Source: an uncultured Bacillota bacterium (GTDB taxonomy: Bacteria > Bacillota > Clostridia > Christensenellales > UBA1242). From it: DNA of 48,871 bases. Shown in pieces: positions 42,730 to 48,871 of this stretch. A program made the position numbers and the translations under genes. The notes under the pieces are model-generated. The model saw only the letters and a list, made by a program, of their open reading frames with translations, ran no database searches and had not been told where the DNA came from. Positions within the stretch are counted from its first letter, which is position 1. Each line of letters starts with the position of its first letter. The DNA lies in contig URAC01000001.1 in NCBI GenBank assembly GCA_900545735.1, forward strand, positions 1-48,871, read 5' to 3'.

Positions 42730-43845
42730 TTATAGTTTATCAATTTCATCTAAATCTTTTATATCCATATATGGTGAAAATGATAATCTTATACTTTGAC
42801 TTATTGTTTCTTCATCCAATCCTATATTTTTCAAAACTCGTGATGGTTTTGAAACAGAGCAAGCACTCCCTGTAGAAGCAGCAATCATTGGCGAAATTGC
42901 TTTTAAAAGTACCATATTATTATAAGGTTTAATCCTTATATTCAATATATCATGAGTTCTTTCACTAAAATCATTGTTTATAGAAAAATTATCTCCAAAT
43001 TTATTTCTTAATTTCTCTATTAATATCTTTTCGATTTCTTTAACCTTTTGTTGATTTTCTAATAAATTAGTTTTTGCAATTTCACAAGCCTTACCAAAAC
43101 CTACAATCAATTCATTTGATAAGGTTCCCGCCCTAAAGCCATCTTCTTGCTCACCACCATGTAATAATGGGGTTAAAGGTTGTTTTATACCCGCACTATC
43201 AACTTTCGAAACTAAACAGCCTATGCCTTTAGGTCCATATATTTTATGAGAAGTAAAAGTTAAGAACTTTACTCCACTATTTTTGTGAAAATCAATGTTT
43301 ATCTTTCCAGCTGCTTGAGTTGCATCTAAATGCAATGGCACATTATGTTTTTCACAAATTCTAGAAATTTTATCAACATCTTGTATTGTACCTATCTCAT
43401 TATTAACCATTATAATTGAAACAAGAATAGTATCATCATCAATTTCATTTTCTAATTGTCTTAAATCAAGCAATCCGGACCTGTCAACATTTATTTCAAC
43501 AATAGTTGCACCTAAACCCTCCAAATATTTACAAGTATCATAAACAGAAGAATGTTCTATTGATGAAATGATTATTTTCTTTTTATGTTTTTTGCTTTGT
43601 AAAAAACTTCCCTTTATTACTAAATTATTTGCTTCGGTTGCACCACTTGTAAAAATAATTTCATCAGCATTTGCACCTACCAATTCTGCCACTTTTATTC
43701 TTGCTTCTTTCACATTTTCTTTTGCTTTTTCTGCAACATCATAAAATTTTGCTTCTGTATTACCATATGCATTTAGAGAATTTAACATCTCATCAACGAC
43801 TTCCTTTTTTATGTGAGTCGTCGCAGCATTATCTAGATATAACAT
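42730..43845 (-). CDS. dndA: Cysteine desulfurase (DndA/IscS-like, class V aminotransferase)
   Basis: LYLDNAATT start, PLP lysine motif TSHKIYGPKGIG and active-site Cys in STGSACS. It lies 9 nt downstream of dndE. Confidence 0.8.
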   Translation of the reverse strand: MLYLDNAATTHIKKEVVDEMLNSLNAYGNTEAKFYDVAEKAKENVKEARIKVAELVGANADEIIFTSGATEANNLVIKGSFLQSKKHKKKIIISSIEHSSVYDTCKYLEGLGATIVEINVDRSGLLDLRQLENEIDDDTILVSIIMVNNEIGTIQDVDKISRICEKHNVPLHLDATQAAGKINIDFHKNSGVKFLTFTSHKIYGPKGIGCLVSKVDSAGIKQPLTPLLHGGEQEDGFRAGTLSNELIVGFGKACEIAKTNLLENQQKVKEIEKILIEKLRNKFGDNFSINNDFSERTHDILNIRIKPYNNMVLLKAISPMIAASTGSACSVSKPSRVLKNIGLDEETISQSIRLSFSPYMDIKDLDEIDKL

Positions 43846-43854
43846 TTGTTCCTC

Positions 43855-44253
43855 CTATAAATTTAGCAATTTGGCGATTAATTTATTTTTATCATTTACA
43901 TATCTGTATTCAGAAAAAAGTGCTGCTACTCCTCGTTCAATATGAAAGCTTGTTAAAGCTGGAAAGAATTCATCATCTGTTATTTTTCTATTCAAATGAT
44001 TTTCCATTAATAATCTATAGTAGGGTTCATAATCACCAAATATAGTTAATCTCATGTAATCCGCTCCATCTTTGTATTTAAGGTCATATTTTTTTTCTGC
44101 CTCGCCATTTACTATTTGCGAATTAGCGCCATCTTTCAAAGATAAAGACATTCCTATTCTCATAACTGCAGCCTTTGAAGATAAATGCAACCAGCCTTGT
44201 AATAGGCTAAGTTTTTCTTCTGTGTCTTGATTTGTTTTTAATCTTAAATTCAT
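43855..44253 (-). CDS. dndE: DNA sulfur modification protein DndE
   Basis: 132 aa. The N-terminal pattern LRLKTNQDTEEKLSLLQGWLHLSSKAAVMRIGMSLSL resembles DndE. It sits between dndD and dndA. Confidence 0.7.
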   Translation of the reverse strand: MNLRLKTNQDTEEKLSLLQGWLHLSSKAAVMRIGMSLSLKDGANSQIVNGEAEKKYDLKYKDGADYMRLTIFGDYEPYYRLLMENHLNRKITDDEFFPALTSFHIERGVAALFSEYRYVNDKNKLIAKLLNL

Positions 44254-44255
44254 AA

Positions 44256-46148
44256 TTAATCTCCAAAATATTCATTTGTAATGCTTGTTGTTTTTGTAGT
44301 ATCATTGTACTCCAACAAATACTTACGTGATAAATTTTTCTCAATAGCTTTTAAATTTCTACCTATAAATTCTGAGTCTGTAGACAATACTATAACTTGG
44401 TCGCTAATTGTTGACATTATATTCTTAATAAATTGTATTCTATTTTCAGTATCTAATCTAGCTAAAGGAGTATCAAAAACAAACATTTCTTTTCTCTTTG
44501 AAATTTTAAACATAGCCCAAATTATAGAACTAACCAATATCTGCATTTCACCTGCTGATAATACCTGTGGGGACATTTCAATGTCATTTCCACTATATAA
44601 TTTAAATGAAAAATCTTTTTCAAATTTCATTTTCTTAACATAATTGGATTTCCTAATAGTCTTATTAAATATTTCACATGCCATATCTGCAACTTTATTT
44701 AATTTTTCAACTATTAATTTATTCTTAAATGCTTCGCATAATCTTAATGAGTTCGTACACTGAACATAACTACTATTAGTTAGTTTATCTTTTCTAACAT
44801 TATCCGCAATTGCATCATATTTTTTAATTAAATTGTCTCTCTCTTGATATTTTTCTTTCAACTTCGATGAAACAGCATTATATTCTTCTTTTTTATTGTT
44901 CAATTTAGACTGTAAAGTTTCAATATCGTTCGACAAGCTCATAAGTTTATTCATTGATGAATTTTTATCTAATTGACTTCTTAAGTCTAACAAATTCTCT
45001 GACAAACTTTTATCATTCAAAATTTCTATCGCATGTTCTTTATAATCTTTAATATGCTTTATTACTGAATCCAAGGCATCTATTTCATCGTTCTCTAATC
45101 CAAAAATTTCACATTTTGTTTTTGATTTTAATTTTGTAATATATTCGGATAAATCTTCATTTAAATACTCTTGAATAACTTCTAGTTGTTTTGCATATCT
45201 AAGTGGTAACTCTTTTTTTGCTTTTCTTGAAACTTCCTTTAGCTCATTTAATAACATTGCCAAATGTAAATATTCTTCACTAAAGAATTTCAAAAAGCCA
45301 TTATTTTCTTCTTTTCTTTTTTCTATTTCATTTACAAGATTTGAAACCTTAACTATATCTTCTTTTGTTAATCCACCTAATGTTTCAAATTCTTTCTTTT
45401 TAGAAGAAATTTCAATATTTAGATTGTCAATATCTTTTGCTAAATTGTTAAGAAAAGTTTCGTTTGTTTTAATATCTGATTTGACAAAATTTAAAGAATT
45501 TAATGTATTTGCAATATCATATTCTATAGTTTTATTATTGGATTTGTAGCTTCTTATCATATATGCTGTCAAGTCTTGTGATAATTGTTCCAACAAATCA
45601 ATATTAAATATGCTATTGAACATTTCCCTAACATATTGTTCCAACTCACCTTGTTCTATAATTGAACTGATTTTTTCACCATCATATATAAACGAATTAA
45701 TCAATGCAGGTGATGTTAATGATTTTAACTTATTTTCTAATTCAAGAGCCTCATAATCATTAAGCTCTTTATCTCCTAATTTAACTTTAACTATCTCTTT
45801 TAGTTCATTATTTTTAGTGACCCACTCTCTATGAATAGTATATTTTAGTATCTTAAAGTTTTCTATATAGGAAAACGCAATCTCAATATAAAATTGAGAG
45901 TCTTCTTTTGCTTGATTATTTAGCATATTTTTAATTTCTTTAAAATACGTTGCATTAGCAGTTTTATAGCCATATGAAAAACAACCAAAGAGTCCGATTT
46001 TAATAGACTTTAATAATGTAGTCTTTCCAGTACCATTTTTCCCACCTATTAACGTAATATTTAAATTTGGATTTGTAGCTTGCAAATCAAAAATATTATT
46101 ATCTCTATATGGCCCTATATTATTGAGCTTAATAGTATTTATCTTCAT
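44256..46148 (-). CDS. dndD: DNA sulfur modification protein DndD (SMC-like ATPase)
   Basis: Walker A LIGGKNGTGKTTLLKSI, a long coiled-coil middle, the signature LSAGEMQIL and Walker B FVFDTPLARLD. Confidence 0.85.
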   Translation of the reverse strand: MKINTIKLNNIGPYRDNNIFDLQATNPNLNITLIGGKNGTGKTTLLKSIKIGLFGCFSYGYKTANATYFKEIKNMLNNQAKEDSQFYIEIAFSYIENFKILKYTIHREWVTKNNELKEIVKVKLGDKELNDYEALELENKLKSLTSPALINSFIYDGEKISSIIEQGELEQYVREMFNSIFNIDLLEQLSQDLTAYMIRSYKSNNKTIEYDIANTLNSLNFVKSDIKTNETFLNNLAKDIDNLNIEISSKKKEFETLGGLTKEDIVKVSNLVNEIEKRKEENNGFLKFFSEEYLHLAMLLNELKEVSRKAKKELPLRYAKQLEVIQEYLNEDLSEYITKLKSKTKCEIFGLENDEIDALDSVIKHIKDYKEHAIEILNDKSLSENLLDLRSQLDKNSSMNKLMSLSNDIETLQSKLNNKKEEYNAVSSKLKEKYQERDNLIKKYDAIADNVRKDKLTNSSYVQCTNSLRLCEAFKNKLIVEKLNKVADMACEIFNKTIRKSNYVKKMKFEKDFSFKLYSGNDIEMSPQVLSAGEMQILVSSIIWAMFKISKRKEMFVFDTPLARLDTENRIQFIKNIMSTISDQVIVLSTDSEFIGRNLKAIEKNLSRKYLLEYNDTTKTTSITNEYFGD

Positions 46149-47748
46149 TTGTTTCCCCTTTCTCCCTAAGAGCTAAATATTCCTGACTAAGTTTATTTTT
46201 AATCGCTCTTTGTGCTTCAACTCTACTGCTATATCCTGCGAAATCCTTCTCTATGTTAAGTAATTCCATAAATAATTTTGCATCGAAATCTTTTTCTACA
46301 CATATGTCATTTAAAATTTTCAAATCATCATTAGAAAAAACAGTAATATCATCTGATGAAATTGAAAAATCATCATTATAGAATTTCTTATAAATTTTTT
46401 CAACCGAGTTTTCTAAATCTCCAGATTCCTTCCAAAGTTTTTGAATTTCTACAAGTTCTTCTTGCTTTATAAGTTGATGTGGATGTTCCAAATTAGCTTG
46501 TGTCATTAATAATTTTGTCAACATTTCTTTTCGGGTTTCAAGTGTGAAAGGTCCCAAACCCAACTGATAAAATTCTTCATCCACTTTTTTTATAATTATT
46601 TTAGGATTCTCTCCTAATGTTAAATCTATGTTATTTTTTACAATATAATCTCTAGCTTCCTCTTCGCTTTTATCGCCTACAAAAACATTCCACTTCGTTC
46701 CAAAACTATCAACCCATTCACCATTTAGATTTTTAATTATGTTCTTGCTTCTGTTCCCTTTTGCTGATATTACTAAATCGCCATTCTCTAACTTGTTAAT
46801 CTTACAAAAATAAATTGACCCATTAGCTCTTCTTTTCATTCGTTTGTCTTCATCATCTCTAATTGAATAGAGCCAATTTCTATAATCCAACAAAGGTTTT
46901 AACCATGTAATACCGCTTCTAATAAAACCTGTTAATGACTTATCTTCACTTACGACAGTGCAAACCCAACAACCAAAACGACTATTTCCGCATGTAGTTT
47001 TCTTTTTATCTTCTTCCGACATCATTATTGGACATTCTTCACCTGACAAACTATCACTATATAATTTAAATAGTTCTTCATTATCTCCACCCCAAGGAGA
47101 TTTGTTACTCAAAAGATAATTCCATACATCATCTTTTGTGAATTGTCTTATGGGAGCAAAAACATAGGAATTAGCCTGTGTTGTATGTCTCATGAAGTCT
47201 TTTCCTTCAATGGTATGATTTTCGAGAACTCTATCCCTTGAATTACTTTCACCTTCCCTTACACCTAAAATCATTACAGCTTCGCCATATTCACCAATAA
47301 CGCTTTCTGTAAATTTATTAGCTGGTTCTATTTTCATTCTGTCTGTACACCATCTAAAAGTCTGATTAGGGCATGGATAGCCTCTACCAATTAAATTTGC
47401 CCAAAAGCCTCTGTCGTAATCTGGTCTGACTATTGAAGCTTCAACAGGTAAATTATTTTTTTTAGCTAAACTGTTGATCCCATTAATAGTTCTTTCTATT
47501 GTATTAATTATCATTGGAGTTTCTACCATTGTATCGGAAGAAATTATATAAACCTTCTTACTTAATTTACTTTTTTCTTTCTTTAACTCTAATAAAGTAT
47601 CAATGATAATTTGTGTAGCACAAGTAGAATCTTTTCCACCACTATATCCTATTATCCAAGGAATATTATCTTGCAAATATATCCTTTTTATCTTATTTTT
47701 TGTCGTTTCAACAAGTTTAGAAATATCTAAATCATTTAATATACTCAT
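46129..47748 (-). CDS. dndC: DNA phosphorothioation protein DndC (PAPS reductase/ATP-pyrophosphatase fold)
   Basis: PP-loop YSGGKDS, and Cys motifs RWCTDRMK and CGNSRFGCWVC. Confidence 0.88.
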   Translation of the reverse strand: MSILNDLDISKLVETTKNKIKRIYLQDNIPWIIGYSGGKDSTCATQIIIDTLLELKKEKSKLSKKVYIISSDTMVETPMIINTIERTINGINSLAKKNNLPVEASIVRPDYDRGFWANLIGRGYPCPNQTFRWCTDRMKIEPANKFTESVIGEYGEAVMILGVREGESNSRDRVLENHTIEGKDFMRHTTQANSYVFAPIRQFTKDDVWNYLLSNKSPWGGDNEELFKLYSDSLSGEECPIMMSEEDKKKTTCGNSRFGCWVCTVVSEDKSLTGFIRSGITWLKPLLDYRNWLYSIRDDEDKRMKRRANGSIYFCKINKLENGDLVISAKGNRSKNIIKNLNGEWVDSFGTKWNVFVGDKSEEEARDYIVKNNIDLTLGENPKIIIKKVDEEFYQLGLGPFTLETRKEMLTKLLMTQANLEHPHQLIKQEELVEIQKLWKESGDLENSVEKIYKKFYNDDFSISSDDITVFSNDDLKILNDICVEKDFDAKLFMELLNIEKDFAGYSSRVEAQRAIKNKLSQEYLALREKGETNEDKYY

Positions 47749-47760
47749 ATGTTTCCCTTT

Positions 47761-48828
47761 TTATTTATTACCTTTTGATTTAACTAGTAGACTTTCTTTC
47801 TCTTTTTCTTCTTTACTTAATTCAATACCTATCAGTTGTTTTATCTTAGAACATGTTAATCTTACAGCTTCATCATTATTTTGAACTTTACCATTTGACT
47901 TAATAACTCTGTTTTGCCAATCAGAATTTCCCCTAAGCCAATCTATTCTTGATAATTTTTGAAGATATTCTTCCATATTCACGTCTTTATTTTCATAGAA
48001 CCAAGCCCCCAACCTACCAAGAGCAAGCATAGTGATTGCTAGTGTAATGATATAGTTTTCTCTTAAATCCTTTTTTGTAAGTTCCCTGTTTAATACTTCT
48101 TGCCATTCAATAATATATTTACAGATTAAACTCCAGTAGTTTAACAAAAAATTTTCATCACTTTCACTACACGTCCCTTTTATAATTTTCTGATTAGCTT
48201 TGTAAATGTTATTTAATGTAAACAAATTCGAAGAATTCTTGCCAAGATTGTCTTTTTCTTTATCTGTAAACTTCTTAAAAAATGGTATTTTGTTAATAAT
48301 CTTCTTTGTTGCTACAGCTAAAGTATCTCGAGAGTCATATAATGTAGCCATTGAATTTGAAGCTTTCACAGCATGCTTATTTAAATCAGTAAACATTTGT
48401 TGACTTCTAATTAATCCCTCATCCTTAAAAAAAACAATTGATATAGTTTCATCCCCTAATGTACCATCTTCAAGTAAAGCTCTTTCAATTGCTGCTTTTC
48501 TATGTTGACCATCATTTATAAGGAATGTCGCATTCATATCTACTTCTAACACGCCTACATTACTAAATTCATTAGATTGAATAAATTTAAAATCTCCGTC
48601 TATGGACGCTGATAATGCAGAAAAAACGTATGAATTTCTATTATCAAGAATATAATTTGCTATTTCAGGTATTCTGAGTTCATTTAACTTTCTTTGTGCT
48701 CTAAATTCTGGTAAAACATTATTATCAGTTACATCGCTAAATAATTTGTTTAAAAATTTCATTGGTACCATTGAAATATAATATTCTGTATTTGCTTGTA
48801 TTCCGCGAACAGCTGGAAATTTATATGT
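47761..48828 (-). CDS. dndB: DndB (DGQHR domain), 5'-truncated by the adapter
   Basis: Has INDGQHR, QMFTDLNK and the FPAVRGIQANTEYYISMVP start region. The first five residues of the track ORF (MYKRQ) are encoded by the Nextera mosaic end, not by the genome. Confidence 0.85.
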   Translation of the reverse strand, partial: TYKFPAVRGIQANTEYYISMVPMKFLNKLFSDVTDNNVLPEFRAQRKLNELRIPEIANYILDNRNSYVFSALSASIDGDFKFIQSNEFSNVGVLEVDMNATFLINDGQHRKAAIERALLEDGTLGDETISIVFFKDEGLIRSQQMFTDLNKHAVKASNSMATLYDSRDTLAVATKKIINKIPFFKKFTDKEKDNLGKNSSNLFTLNNIYKANQKIIKGTCSESDENFLLNYWSLICKYIIEWQEVLNRELTKKDLRENYIITLAITMLALGRLGAWFYENKDVNMEEYLQKLSRIDWLRGNSDWQNRVIKSNGKVQNNDEAVRLTCSKIKQLIGIELSKEEKEKESLLVKSKGNK

Positions 48829-48871
48829 CTGTCTCTTATACACATCTGACGCTGCCGACGATAAGGCTCGT
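48829..48871. other. Illumina Nextera adapter remnant (i5 side), not genomic
   Basis: CTGTCTCTTATACACATCT-GACGCTGCCGACGA-TAAGGCTC-GT. This is the mosaic end, the read-1 adapter, an 8-nt index and the start of P5. Confidence 0.95.

Noticed and set aside
43671-44643. Plus-strand ORFs 43671-44045 and 44281-44643
   Set aside because: They are antisense to dndA/dndE/dndD. The composition is leucine/histidine-rich shadow-frame, with no RBS.

Overview
AT-rich, Firmicutes-like contig using the standard genetic code (long ORFs, no sign of TGA recoding). Both ends are Illumina Nextera adapter sequence (1-48 and 48829-48871), so the window is a whole assembled contig with untrimmed adapters. The left ~15.9 kb looks chromosomal. 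It holds an apparently chimeric glmS'-'purA ORF, an MBL-fold hydrolase, secA, a Zn-ribbon/poly-Asp protein and an orphan 887-aa paralogue of the ICE VirB6-like membrane protein. It also holds ferritin-like, VanW, PRC-barrel, SPFH and BspA-type LRR proteins, a hairpin-dense duplicated noncoding block, tRNA-Val, a DUF1540 protein, rplI and mscL. tRNA-Thr(GGT) at 15807-15881 is preceded by two 5'-half pseudo-copies in an exact 100-nt tandem array. It marks the left junction of a ~25.5-kb integrative conjugative element (ICE). The ICE carries a tyrosine integrase plus Xis, an acidic protein, an orphan C5 methyltransferase, a primase, DUF3846 and ArdC-like proteins, and an opposite-strand AAA/DUF4143 ATPase. 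Its transfer genes are VirB4, a VirB6-like protein, a VirB2-like protein, a 1478-aa repeat adhesin, VirD4 and a MobL-like relaxase, followed by sigma/HTH regulators. To its right lie an autoregulated lexA co-oriented with a small Zn-ribbon gene, then a complete colinear dndB-C-D-E-A DNA phosphorothioation module cut off by the adapter. I saw no rRNA, CRISPR array or IS transposase. The right junction (attR) of the element could not be located, so the lexA/dnd block may or may not be ICE cargo. All product calls rest on motifs I recognise by eye in the translations; no database search was possible.
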